From: Phycisphaerales bacterium | GTDB lineage: Bacteria > Planctomycetota > Phycisphaerae > Phycisphaerales > UBA1924 | Assembly (NCBI GenBank): GCA_965227775.1 | Contig: OZ245777.1 | Coordinates: 1,856,001 to 1,920,000, forward strand | Length of the DNA: 64,000 bases | Direction of reading: 5' to 3' | Shown here: piece by piece, positions 8,994 through 18,339 of the stretch | How the letters are laid out: each line of letters opens with the position of its first letter | Numbering within the stretch: the first letter of the stretch is position 1 | The notes under the pieces: model-generated | The model's database searches: none | What the model saw: only the letters and a program-made list of their open reading frames with translations | Told to the model about the DNA's origin: nothing | Position numbers and translations under genes: made by a program

Positions 8994-10859
8994 CTACGCC
9001 GGGTTGGCGCTGAGCTTGTCGGCGTCGGCAGGCTTCGCTTCCGCTTCCACGACGCGGACGTGCAGGTCCTTGAGCTGGGCCTCGTCGACCGCCGAGGGGG
9101 CCTCAGTCATCAGGTCGGCGCCAGTCTGCGTCTTGGGGAAAGCGATGACGTCGCGGATGTTCTCAGTGCCGGCCAGGTGCATGACCAAGCGGTCGAGACC
9201 GAAGGCGATGCCGCCGTGGGGCGGGGCGCCGAAGCGCAGCGCATCGAGCAGGAAGCCGAACTTGGCCTTGGCCTCCTCGTCGTCGAGCCCGAGCAGGCCG
9301 AAGACCTTCTGCTGCACGTCGCGGCGGTGGATACGGATCGAACCGCCGCCGATCTCGCTGCCGTTACACACCATGTCGTACCCATCGCTGAGCACGCCCA
9401 GGAGCGTCTGCTTATCCTCGGGGCTCGCGCTGAGCAAGCGCTCGGCCTGATCGGCCCGGGGTGCCGTAAACGGATGGTGCAGCGCGTAGTAGCGTTTGGT
9501 CTCGTCGTCGTACTCGAACATCGGGAAGTCGACGACCCAGATGAACGCCCACTTGTTGCCGTCGATGAGGTCGAGGTCCTTAGCGACCTTCTGGCGCAGC
9601 TCGCCGAGGGCCTTGGAGCATGTGTTGTATCCGTCGGCGCCGAAGATGACCGTGTCGCCCGGCTCGAGCTTGAGGCGCTCCTTGAGCTCCTTGGTGATGG
9701 GCTCGATGAACCGCGCGATACCGGTCTCGAAGCCGCTCTCGGTCACCTTGGTCACGGGTGCGCCGCCGGCACCGAATTGCTTGACGAACTCGGCATAGCC
9801 ATCGGTCAGCTTGCGGGTCAGCTTCTCGGCACCGCCGGGCACGCGGAACGCCTTCACCACGCCGCCATCGCGCGTGGACGGGTGGCCGCTGCCGGGGTTC
9901 TTGGCGAGGGCCTGCTGGAAGACCTTGAAGTCCGTCTTAGCCGCCAGGTCGCTGATGTCCTCGAGCTCCAAGTCGTAGCGAAGATCGGGGCGGTCGCTGC
10001 CGTAGGTGTCCATGGCCTCCTGCCACGTCATGCGTGGGAAGCGCGGCACCTCGACGCCCAGGACCTCCTTCCAAAGCGTGCGCGCGAACGCCTCCATCGT
10101 GTTCAGCACGTCTTCTCGAGAGACGAACGCCATCTCGAGATCGATCTGCGTGAACTCGGCCTGCCGGTCGGCGCGCGGGTCCTCGTCGCGGAAGCAGCGG
10201 CAGATCTGCATGTAGCGATCCGCGCCCGCCACCATGAGGATCTGCTTGAAGAGCTGCGGGCTCTGCGGCAACGCGTAGAACTCGCCCGGCTGCAATCGGC
10301 TGGGCACCAGGAAGTCACGCGCGCCCTCGGGCGTCGAGCGGCACAGGTTGGGCGTCTCGACCTCGATGAAGTCCAGCGCGTCAAAGAAGTCGCGGGCGAT
10401 CTTGGTCACGCGGTGACGCGTGCGTAGCACGTGCTGCATTTTCGGGCGGCGCAGGTCGAGGTAGCGGTGCCGCAGGCGGAGCTCCTCGCCCGGAAGGTTG
10501 TTCTCGTCGCCCGGCTGGAAGGGCGGGGTGTCGGCCTTGGCCAGCACTTCCAGTTCCTCAACGACCAGCTCGATCTCGCCGGTGGGCAGCTTGGGGTTGG
10601 GCCCGCCGTCGCGCTTGCGGACGTGGCCCTTGACGGCGATGACGTCCTCGGCACGCAGCTTGTCGGCGGCCTCGACGATGCCGGCGGGGGCGTCTTCCTT
10701 GTCGAACACGAGCTGGGTCAGCCCGGTGTGGTCGCGCAGGTCGATGAACACCAGGCCCGTGCCGTGGTCGCGGTAGTTGTTGACCCAGCCGGCGAGCGTG
10801 GCATGGGTGCTGGCGTGGTCGATCCGAAGCTCGCCGCAGGCGGCGGTGCGCTGAAGCAT
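8994..10859 (-). CDS. aspS: Aspartate--tRNA ligase (probably non-discriminating Asp/Asn)
   Basis: FIDLRD, STPEGARDFLVPSR, ALPQSPQLFKQ, FRDED, HHPFT, GGGSIRIH and PPHGGIAFGLDR. Confidence 0.98.
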   Translation of the reverse strand: MLQRTAACGELRIDHASTHATLAGWVNNYRDHGTGLVFIDLRDHTGLTQLVFDKEDAPAGIVEAADKLRAEDVIAVKGHVRKRDGGPNPKLPTGEIELVVEELEVLAKADTPPFQPGDENNLPGEELRLRHRYLDLRRPKMQHVLRTRHRVTKIARDFFDALDFIEVETPNLCRSTPEGARDFLVPSRLQPGEFYALPQSPQLFKQILMVAGADRYMQICRCFRDEDPRADRQAEFTQIDLEMAFVSREDVLNTMEAFARTLWKEVLGVEVPRFPRMTWQEAMDTYGSDRPDLRYDLELEDISDLAAKTDFKVFQQALAKNPGSGHPSTRDGGVVKAFRVPGGAEKLTRKLTDGYAEFVKQFGAGGAPVTKVTESGFETGIARFIEPITKELKERLKLEPGDTVIFGADGYNTCSKALGELRQKVAKDLDLIDGNKWAFIWVVDFPMFEYDDETKRYYALHHPFTAPRADQAERLLSASPEDKQTLLGVLSDGYDMVCNGSEIGGGSIRIHRRDVQQKVFGLLGLDDEEAKAKFGFLLDALRFGAPPHGGIAFGLDRLVMHLAGTENIRDVIAFPKTQTGADLMTEAPSAVDEAQLKDLHVRVVEAEAKPADADKLSANPA

Positions 10860-11021
10860 TGGAGACTCCCTCGTTGGATGCCCCCGGCCCGGATGGCGCG
10901 GGCGGCAACTGTAGGGATCGAACCAACGAAGCCCGTGGATGGCGTTGGCTCTTTCACTCTCTGATGCCCGGGAGCCGTCGAGCCGCTGGGTACTTGCATT
11001 CAGGGCGCTGTTCGGATGATC

Positions 11022-12218
11022 TCACTCGAAGCCCAATTCCTCGAGCACCTCATCGATGGGGCGGACCGTCTGGGCCGGGAGCCAGTGCTCGAACAGGGGG
11101 CGGCGCTCCTTGCCCCACTCGGGCAGGAGGGCGGCGATCAGGGCCGGGCGGCGGCCGACGAAGCGAAGGGCCTCCCAGCGCTCCTCGTCGGTGCCCTCGC
11201 GCAGGCGCTGGCGGCAGGCCTCGACCAGCTCGTCGCCCTGGAGCAGCGCGAACAGGGCCGCGTCGCGGGCCCGGGCCACCGCCTCGTCACGCGGTCGCAG
11301 CGACTTCAGCGGGGCGAGGAGGCTCGCGGGCAAGGCCGAGTGTTGTGCGATCCCTCGCAGCAGCCGGGCGGCCTCGGCTCGCACGTCCGCGTCGTCGTCG
11401 TCGAGCAGGGCGACGAACGCCCCGCCGTCGCCCTGCCCGCGTCGCAGGTGCGTGAGCACGGCGTGCGCCGCCGCACGGCGGACGCGTGGGTCCTGGTCCT
11501 GGGCCGCGGCGATGGCCGTGGGCAGCGTCGACGCCGGATCGTGCCGGTCGCAGGAGCGGACCGCCGCCGTGTACTGAGCGAAGGGATCCGGATGGACGAA
11601 CAGCGGCGGCATCGCCGCGGCGACGCGGGCGCTGAAGGTCGCGTCGGTCGGCGCGTTGTCGTGCAGCGACAGGATGCGAAGGTCCAGCGGGTCGACCGCT
11701 TCGGAGCGGCCGCGTGTGTTTGCTTCTTCGATCCGGCGGATCGCGCCCTCGGCCAGCGTCCGCGTGTCTGCCCGGTTGTAGTGGATCGTGCCCGTGGTCG
11801 AAGGCACACCGATGCGGCCCTGCACGATGTCGCGTGCGTAGCGATCGTTCCAGTTCGCGTGCAGGTGGACGATGGTCGCGTCGGACAGGCGGTCGTACAC
11901 GCGGCGTGCGTTGCCGAAGACCAGCGGCTCGGCGAGGATGGCGACGCCAAGGAAGGCCAGCGGCAGCCACGCGGGCCGGCGCCTGCGGCGGAAGAGATGC
12001 GTGAACTTGCGAACAGCGTGGCCGCACTCGGGGCACGTCACCGGCTCGTACGCGTCGCCTTCACGCTCCACCCCCGGCAGGCCCGACAGGGCGTACCGGC
12101 ACGCTGGGCACGACGGGTCGGCCGAGCGCTTGCCGCTGCGGAAGAGAAGGAAGCCGGCGATGGCGATGGCCAGGCCGACGAAGGAGATGCCGATGCTGAT
12201 GAGGTCCGCGAGGGCCAT
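11022..12218 (-). CDS. Membrane protein with zinc ribbon and HEAT-like repeats
   Basis: TM, CPACRYALSGL...CPECG, second TM, then HEAT-like repeats (DQDPRVRRAAAHAV, DDDADVRAEAARLL). Confidence 0.7.
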   Translation of the reverse strand: MALADLISIGISFVGLAIAIAGFLLFRSGKRSADPSCPACRYALSGLPGVEREGDAYEPVTCPECGHAVRKFTHLFRRRRRPAWLPLAFLGVAILAEPLVFGNARRVYDRLSDATIVHLHANWNDRYARDIVQGRIGVPSTTGTIHYNRADTRTLAEGAIRRIEEANTRGRSEAVDPLDLRILSLHDNAPTDATFSARVAAAMPPLFVHPDPFAQYTAAVRSCDRHDPASTLPTAIAAAQDQDPRVRRAAAHAVLTHLRRGQGDGGAFVALLDDDDADVRAEAARLLRGIAQHSALPASLLAPLKSLRPRDEAVARARDAALFALLQGDELVEACRQRLREGTDEERWEALRFVGRRPALIAALLPEWGKERRPLFEHWLPAQTVRPIDEVLEELGFE

Positions 12219-12224
12219 AGCGCG

Positions 12225-13223
12225 TTACCCGCCCGCCATCGCGGGTCTCGCCTTGGCCCGTGGCTCCTGAATCGCCGGCAAGATCAGCGGAAGCGCGCTG
12301 GGCATCGTTTCGATCACCATCGTGCCTTCCGCGTCGCACGCCACGCGTTCGATCTCGCCGTCGATCTGGAGGGCTTCCATCATCTCTGACCTTGGATCAT
12401 GGTCGTGCATGGTGAACTCGATGCGCTTGCCCTGGGCGTAGCGGGCCTGCGGGTGGCGGACGTGCAGGCCCACGCGCGCCATGGCGGCCCAGCCGACGAG
12501 GCTCGCGGTCGTGCTGGCGGGCAGGAACATCGCGTCGAGCAGGCCATCGGTGCGGCTGGCGTTGCGCGCCAGATCCAGCTTGAGCGGGTATCGCGGGCCG
12601 ACGGCAACGATGAGGCAGCCCCGGCGATCGCTGGCGAGCTGCTGTCCATCGACGGTGACACTCAGCCGGCCGACCCTGGGCCGAAGCGCGCGAGTGATCG
12701 TGGGCACGACGTAGTCGAGCTTGCTCGTTGTGCCCGCGCGCTGGCGGGCGACGCGGTGGAGCACGGCGGCGTCGGGGCCGGTTGTCAGCATGAGCGCGAA
12801 TGGCGTACCCGGGCGGCCGTCGGGATGGTGGACGAGTCCAAGGTCGCTGCGCGTGGGGGCGGCGCCGTCTCGGAATGCCTCGAGCGCCTGTAGCACGCGC
12901 GAGACTCGGGGCGTGAGGCCCAGCTCCTTGGCGACGACGTTCTCGGTGCCCAGCGGTGCGATCAGCGTCGGCACACCGCGGCCCTTCTTGGCCTCGGTCA
13001 GCGCCGCCAGAGCGTGATGTACGGTGCCATCACCGCCGACGATGACGACGGCGTCGAGCGCGTCGAGTGCGCCCTCTGCCAACGCGAGATCAAGCGGGAG
13101 ATCCACGAGGTCGAGCCATGCCAGCGGCTCGGCGCGCGATCGAAGGCGCGAGACGAAATCCGGCCCTCGGCCCTTGCCCGAGTAGCGGTTGTGCACGAGG
13201 CCGACGCGGATTCGCTCTGGCAT
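12225..13223 (-). CDS. Diacylglycerol/lipid kinase family protein
   Basis: NRYSG, VGGDGT, PLGTEN, DGLLD and QIDGE motifs. Start set at MPERIR because the longer ORF overlaps mntR. Confidence 0.88.
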   Translation of the reverse strand: MPERIRVGLVHNRYSGKGRGPDFVSRLRSRAEPLAWLDLVDLPLDLALAEGALDALDAVVIVGGDGTVHHALAALTEAKKGRGVPTLIAPLGTENVVAKELGLTPRVSRVLQALEAFRDGAAPTRSDLGLVHHPDGRPGTPFALMLTTGPDAAVLHRVARQRAGTTSKLDYVVPTITRALRPRVGRLSVTVDGQQLASDRRGCLIVAVGPRYPLKLDLARNASRTDGLLDAMFLPASTTASLVGWAAMARVGLHVRHPQARYAQGKRIEFTMHDHDPRSEMMEALQIDGEIERVACDAEGTMVIETMPSALPLILPAIQEPRAKARPAMAGG

Positions 13224-13278
13224 GGCCGCAAGGGTAGCGATGACGCCCGGATGCGGAGCCGACGGCCTACGTTGACCC

Positions 13279-13737
13279 GTGGCGAACCCGAAGAAGCAGC
13301 CAGCGAGCTCAGTCCAGCCCCGCCGCGGCCACCAACGCACGCGCGACGACCACGCCAGCGAGACCGCCGAGGACTACGTCGAGGCCATCGCCGAGATCGT
13401 GGAACGCGAGGGCCGCTGCCGCGTGAAGGACCTGGCGGCGCGGTTTGGCGTCAGCCACGTCACGGTTGTGCGGACCGTCGGCCGGCTCGAAGAGGGCGGC
13501 CTGGTCAGCACCGAGCCCTACAAGCCCATCGAGCTGACGGCCAAGGGCACGCGGCTCGCCCGGGCCTGCCGCGAGCGGCACGAGGTGGTCTACCGCTTCT
13601 TGCTTGCCATCGGCGTGCCCGAGAAGGTCGCGGCGGTCGATAGCGAGGGCCTGGAGCACCACGTCAGCAAGGCCACGCTCACGCGGTTCAAGGCGATCGC
13701 CGAGGCCAGGGGAGAGCCCGGTGGCCGACATTCGTAG
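13279..13737 (+). CDS. mntR: Manganese-binding transcriptional regulator (DtxR/MntR family)
   Basis: HASETAEDYVEAI, HTH DLAARFGVSHVTV, RERHEVV and DSEGLEHHVS match enterobacterial-type MntR; lies upstream of a metal ABC operon. Confidence 0.9.
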   Translation: MANPKKQPASSVQPRRGHQRTRDDHASETAEDYVEAIAEIVEREGRCRVKDLAARFGVSHVTVVRTVGRLEEGGLVSTEPYKPIELTAKGTRLARACRERHEVVYRFLLAIGVPEKVAAVDSEGLEHHVSKATLTRFKAIAEARGEPGGRHS

Positions 13738-13750
13738 CCTGGGCTACACT
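13734..13750 (+). promoter_or_regulatory. Probable MntR operator overlapping a -10 element
   Basis: Palindrome GTAGCC-TG-GGCTAC (13734-13747) overlaps TACACT (13745-13750), upstream of the GGAGG RBS of the binding-protein gene. Confidence 0.65.
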
Positions 13751-13781
13751 TCCGCCTCGCACGATCTTCCTGGGAGGCGAT

Positions 13782-14777
13782 ATGACTCGTGGATGCTGGA
13801 TCGGACTCGTCGCGTTTCTGCTTGGTCTGCTGGCTGGCTGCGGGCAGGAATCGGGCAGCGCTCCCTCTGGAACGCCATCGAACGACGGGCAGTCCGAGCA
13901 ACTGACGATCGTCGCGACGACGGGAATGATCGGCGACATCGTCGCGAGGGTGTCGGGCGAGCGCGGCGAGGTTGATGTGCTCATCGGCGCGGGCGTCGAC
14001 CCGCACCTGTACCAGCCCACGCGCGACGACATGGCCGCGCTGATGGCCGCGGACGTGGTGTTCTACAACGGGCTGTTGCTCGAGGGCCGCATGACCGACG
14101 CGCTCGTGCGCGCGGCCTCGGCCGATCGTGGCGTGTTCGCCGTGACCGAGCTGATCGATTCGCAGTACCTCATCCAGCCCGACGACATGGAGGGCAAGGA
14201 CGATCCGCACGTCTGGATGGATCCCGCCGCGTGGGCAAAGGCCGTCGAGGTCGTGAGAGATCGCCTGATCGAGCGCGACCCGGACGGTGAGTCCGTCTAC
14301 ACGAGCAACGCGCGGGCCCTGTTGGATGAGATCACTGAGCTTGACGCCTACTGCCAGCGCGTGTTCGAGAGCGTGCCCGAGGGGCAGCGCGTGATCGTCT
14401 CGGCCCACGACGCCTTCGGCTACTTCGGCGAGCGTTTTGGTTACGAGGTGATGGGCATCCAGGGGCTGAGCACCGAGAGCGAAGCGGGCGTGCGCGATAT
14501 CGAGCAGCTAGTCGACGTGCTGGTCGAGCGCAAGATCGCAGCGGTGTTCGTCGAGTCGACCGTGTCGGATCGCAACGTCCAGGCGCTCATCGCCGGGGCT
14601 AAGGCTCGCGGGCACACGGTCACAATCGGTGGCGAACTCTTCAGCGACGCGATGGGGCCCGCCGATACCTACGAGGGCACGTATGTGGGCATGATCGACC
14701 ACAACGCGACAACCATCGCCCGCGCCCTTGGTGGCGAGGCGCCCGAGGGCGGCATGCAAGGAAAGCTCACTCGGTGA
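13782..14777 (+). CDS. troA: Mn/Zn ABC transporter substrate-binding lipoprotein (TroA/MntA family)
   Basis: Lipobox [33 protein letters not shown] and ELFSDAMG. Confidence 0.92.
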   Translation: MTRGCWIGLVAFLLGLLAGCGQESGSAPSGTPSNDGQSEQLTIVATTGMIGDIVARVSGERGEVDVLIGAGVDPHLYQPTRDDMAALMAADVVFYNGLLLEGRMTDALVRAASADRGVFAVTELIDSQYLIQPDDMEGKDDPHVWMDPAAWAKAVEVVRDRLIERDPDGESVYTSNARALLDEITELDAYCQRVFESVPEGQRVIVSAHDAFGYFGERFGYEVMGIQGLSTESEAGVRDIEQLVDVLVERKIAAVFVESTVSDRNVQALIAGAKARGHTVTIGGELFSDAMGPADTYEGTYVGMIDHNATTIARALGGEAPEGGMQGKLTR

Positions 14778-15619
14778 CCGCAGCGGGCAGCCACAGCGTC
14801 GTCCATTCGCGTCGGGGGCAGCCAACCCTGGCGGCGCTGCCCGAGCACTCTTCCGACAGCCCGCTCTCGATCCACGCCATGACGGTGGCCTACCAGCGCA
14901 AGCCCGTGCTGTGGGATGTGGACTATGACGCGCCGGCCAACGCGCTCGTCGCGATCGTGGGGCCGAATGGTGCGGGCAAGAGCACGCTCATCAAGGCGGC
15001 ACTGGGCCTGGTGCCGCGCGCTAGCGGGCTGGTCGAGTTCTGGGGCGAGCCTTACAAGCGGGTGCGCGATCGGGTGGCATACGTGCCGCAACGCGAGAGC
15101 GTTGATTGGTCGTTCCCGGTCAGCGCGCTCGACGTCGTGTGTATGGGCCGATACCGCCGCGTCGGCTGGCTGCGTCCGGTCGGCCGGACGCACAAGCGGG
15201 CGGCGCTCGAGTGCCTGGACCGCGTGGGGCTGGCGGACCTGGCCCATCGGCAGATCAGCCAGCTCTCGGGCGGGCAGCAGCAGCGGGTGTTCCTCGCCCG
15301 CGCGCTCGCGCAAGAGGGCGACCTGTACGTGATGGACGAGCCCTTCGCGGGCGTCGATGCCGCGACAGAGCGCGCGATCGTGGCGCTGCTCCGCGAGCTG
15401 CGTGACGCTGGCAAGACGGCCATCGTCGTGCACCACGACCTCCAGACCGTGCCGCAGTACTTCGACCACGCCCTCCTGCTGAACATGCGCGTCGTCGCGT
15501 CGGGTCCGGTTGAAGAGATCTTCACCGAGGACAACCTTCAGAAGACCTATGGCGGCAAGCTCACGCTGCTGAGCGAGGCTGCCGAGGCCGTGGCCCGCTC
15601 GGGAATGAGGGTGCGGTAG
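14774..15619 (+). CDS. troB: Mn/Zn ABC transporter ATP-binding protein
   Basis: [31 protein letters not shown] and VHHDL; GTGA overlap with the upstream gene. Confidence 0.93.
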   Translation: MTAAGSHSVVHSRRGQPTLAALPEHSSDSPLSIHAMTVAYQRKPVLWDVDYDAPANALVAIVGPNGAGKSTLIKAALGLVPRASGLVEFWGEPYKRVRDRVAYVPQRESVDWSFPVSALDVVCMGRYRRVGWLRPVGRTHKRAALECLDRVGLADLAHRQISQLSGGQQQRVFLARALAQEGDLYVMDEPFAGVDAATERAIVALLRELRDAGKTAIVVHHDLQTVPQYFDHALLLNMRVVASGPVEEIFTEDNLQKTYGGKLTLLSEAAEAVARSGMRVR

Positions 15620-16948
15620 ATGGCTCTGGCGCGCCCCGAGTCGCTCTCGGTCGGCCAGATCGTGGAGGTCCTGACCTTCCAGGCGGGGTACAACACCAAC
15701 GCCGTGCTGGCCGGCTCGGCCCTGCTCGGGCTGTCCGCCGGCGTCGTTGGCGTGTTCGCGCTGCTGCGCAAGCGTTCGCTGGTCGCAGATGCCATCGGAC
15801 ACGCGACGCTGCCGGGCATCATGATCGCGTTTCTGGTTGCCGCGGCGCTCGGGGGCTCGGGGCGATCCCTGCCGGTGCTTCTGCTGGGTGCCGCCGTTTC
15901 GGGCGCGTTCTCGGTGCTGTGCATCTTCGCGATCCTCAGGTTCACGCGCTTGCGCGAGGACGCGGCGATCGGCATCGTGCTCGGCGTTTTCTTCGGGCTG
16001 GGCGTCGTGCTGCTCAGCTACGCGCAGCGGCCCGAGAATGTCAGCGCGTCGCCCGCCGGGCTGCACCACTTCATCTATGGACAGACCGCCGCCATGCGCG
16101 CGGGCGACGCGATGCTCATGGGCGGCATCGCCCTCGGCGCGATCCTGGCGACCATCGTGATCTTCAAGGAACTGGCGCTGACGAGCTTCAATGACGAGTT
16201 TGCGCGCGTCGTCGGATATCCGGTCGGCCTGCTCGACGGTGTGATGCTCGCGCTGGTGGTGCTGGTGACCGTCGCGGGCTTGCAGGCGGTGGGGCTCATT
16301 CTCGTCATCGCGCTGCTGATCATCCCGCCCGTCGCGGCGCGGCTCTGGACCGATCGGTTGCCGCTGCTCGTCGTGATCGCGGGTGGGCTGGGAGCACTTA
16401 GCGGATTCGTGGGTGCGGCGGCGAGCGCGCTGCTGCCGCGCACGCCGGCGGGCTCGGTCATCGTTCTCTGCGGCGGCGGGGTGTTCGTCATCAGCCTGCT
16501 GGCGGCGCCCCGGCATGGCGTCGTGGCCGTCGCCGGTCGTAGGGGGCTGCAGCGGCTTCGGATTGCCGGTGAGCACATGCTCGAAGCCGCGCACGAGCAC
16601 GTGGTGACGCGGCGCGGGCAGACGGTCGTGCCGGCGCGCACGATGCGGGCGATGGAGAAGCTGTGGGGCTGGCCCGCCTGGCTGGGCCCGATGGTGCTCA
16701 CGCAACTCCGTCGACGCGGCTACGTGAATCGCGTCGACGATGGGTATGAGCTGACGCCCATGGGTATCGAGCGAGGCGCGCGGATCGCACGCAACCACCG
16801 GCTGTGGGAGCAGTACCTGCAGGCCTACGCCGACGTTGCGCCGGGGCACGTCGATTGGTCTGCGGACATGGTCGAGCACGTGCTGAGCCCCGAGTTGGTC
16901 GCCGAGCTGGAAGCGGCGATCGCACGCAAGACTGGGCGGCCGGCGTGA
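15620..16948 (+). CDS. Metal ABC permease (TroC/ZnuB) fused to C-terminal DtxR-like domain
   Basis: DAIGHATLPG, EDAAIG and FKEL...FNDEFA; C-terminus ELTPMG...RNHRLWEQYL...HVDWSADMVEH. Confidence 0.9.
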   Translation: MALARPESLSVGQIVEVLTFQAGYNTNAVLAGSALLGLSAGVVGVFALLRKRSLVADAIGHATLPGIMIAFLVAAALGGSGRSLPVLLLGAAVSGAFSVLCIFAILRFTRLREDAAIGIVLGVFFGLGVVLLSYAQRPENVSASPAGLHHFIYGQTAAMRAGDAMLMGGIALGAILATIVIFKELALTSFNDEFARVVGYPVGLLDGVMLALVVLVTVAGLQAVGLILVIALLIIPPVAARLWTDRLPLLVVIAGGLGALSGFVGAAASALLPRTPAGSVIVLCGGGVFVISLLAAPRHGVVAVAGRRGLQRLRIAGEHMLEAAHEHVVTRRGQTVVPARTMRAMEKLWGWPAWLGPMVLTQLRRRGYVNRVDDGYELTPMGIERGARIARNHRLWEQYLQAYADVAPGHVDWSADMVEHVLSPELVAELEAAIARKTGRPA

Positions 16949-18210
16949 CGCTTTCCCCGGCCCTGGATCTGTTCCCGCTCCTGGCCGCCGTGCTCGCGGC
17001 GCTCAGCTGTGGGCTGCTGGGCAACTTCCTGGTCCTGCGCCGCCTCAGCCTGATGGGCGATGCGATGAGCCACAGCGTGCTGCCAGGGCTGGTTATCGCG
17101 TTCATGATCACCGGCGTGCGCACGGCCCCGGTCATGTTCATCGGGGCCGTGCTGGCGGGCGTGGCAACGGTTGTGCTGGTCGAGCTGATCAAGCGGCTCG
17201 GCCGCGTCGAGCCGGGAGCGGCGATGGGTGTCGTCTTCAGCGTAATGTTTGCGCTGGGCGTGCTGCTGATCGAGCGGGCCGCGCGCAACACGGACCTTGA
17301 CGCCTCGTGCGTGCTACACGGCCAGCTCGAGTCTCTGGCGTGGACAACGGACGCGCCCGCATCGTGGCTCGGAGTCCTCGACTTCGCAACACTGGCTGCC
17401 GCACCACCCCAGGTGTGGACGCTTGCGCTGACCGTGGGGCTGACGATCGCGCTCGTCGTTTTCTTGTTCAAGGAGCTGCGCCTGGCGGCGTTCGACCCGG
17501 CGATGGCGACGGCGCAGGGCTTTAGCGCGTCGCTGCTTCACTATTTGTTGATGGTGTTCGTCGCTGGCGCGACGGTCGCGTCGTTCGAGGCTGTGGGTTC
17601 GATCCTCGTGATCGCGATGCTCATCGTGCCCGCGGCGACCGCCCGGCTGCTGACGGATCGACTGCTGCCGCAGATACTCGTGAGCGTTGCTGTCGCAATA
17701 AGTGCGGCGGTGGTGGGGTACGTAGGTTCCATCGTTGTGCCAATGCTGATCGGCAAACGCGAGGTGAACGCTGCCGGCTCGATGACGCTGGCGCTTGGCG
17801 GGCTCCTGGTGCTCGCGGCGGTGCTCGGGCCGAGGTACGGCGTGCTGGCAACGGCGATCCGCCGGGGGCGGCTGAGCAGATCCGTGGCGCTCGAAGACCT
17901 GCTCGGCGGCCTGTATCGGCAGGAGGAGCACGGCGCACCGCCACGCACCATCGACGAACGTGTCGTGCGGCGCGCCCGGGCTCGGGGGCTCGTGCAGAGC
18001 AACGAGCTGGCCTTGACCGATGCCGGCAGGGCCGAGGCCGCGGCGCTCGTGCGTCGCCACAGGCTGTGGGAGTCGTACCTCGTGGATCGTGCGGGTCTGG
18101 CTGCCGACCACGTGCATGTGACCGCCGAGCAACTCGAGCATTTGCCGAGCGCGATGCCGCCCGACGCGCAGGGGGCGGACCCGCATGGCCGGCCCATTCC
18201 GCCTGCGTGA
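16945..18210 (+). CDS. Metal ABC permease (TroD/ZnuB) fused to C-terminal DtxR-like domain
   Basis: GTGA overlap; GDAMSHSVLPG and FKELRLAAFDP; C-terminus LTDAG...RRHRLWESYL...HVHVTAEQLEH...DPHGRPIP. Confidence 0.9.
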   Translation: MTLSPALDLFPLLAAVLAALSCGLLGNFLVLRRLSLMGDAMSHSVLPGLVIAFMITGVRTAPVMFIGAVLAGVATVVLVELIKRLGRVEPGAAMGVVFSVMFALGVLLIERAARNTDLDASCVLHGQLESLAWTTDAPASWLGVLDFATLAAAPPQVWTLALTVGLTIALVVFLFKELRLAAFDPAMATAQGFSASLLHYLLMVFVAGATVASFEAVGSILVIAMLIVPAATARLLTDRLLPQILVSVAVAISAAVVGYVGSIVVPMLIGKREVNAAGSMTLALGGLLVLAAVLGPRYGVLATAIRRGRLSRSVALEDLLGGLYRQEEHGAPPRTIDERVVRRARARGLVQSNELALTDAGRAEAAALVRRHRLWESYLVDRAGLAADHVHVTAEQLEHLPSAMPPDAQGADPHGRPIPPA

Positions 18211-18339
18211 GGGGTGGCCCCAGTCGCCACTTCAAGAGATATCCGGACTGTGTCGCGTCTGGAGGGCAGACGAACCGGACATAGGATGGCGAGCCGTCGA
18301 TGATGACGGTGAGGCATCATCCTGGGAGAGGGGGCGGCG

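Noticed and set aside
8292..10427. 711-aa plus-strand ORF antisense to aspS
   Set aside because: Shadow ORF caused by GC3 codon bias; no motifs, and the opposite strand encodes an unmistakable AspRS.
14669..16879. 736-aa minus-strand ORF opposite the metal ABC genes
   Set aside because: Antisense shadow with Arg/His/Ala-rich composition and no recognisable domain.
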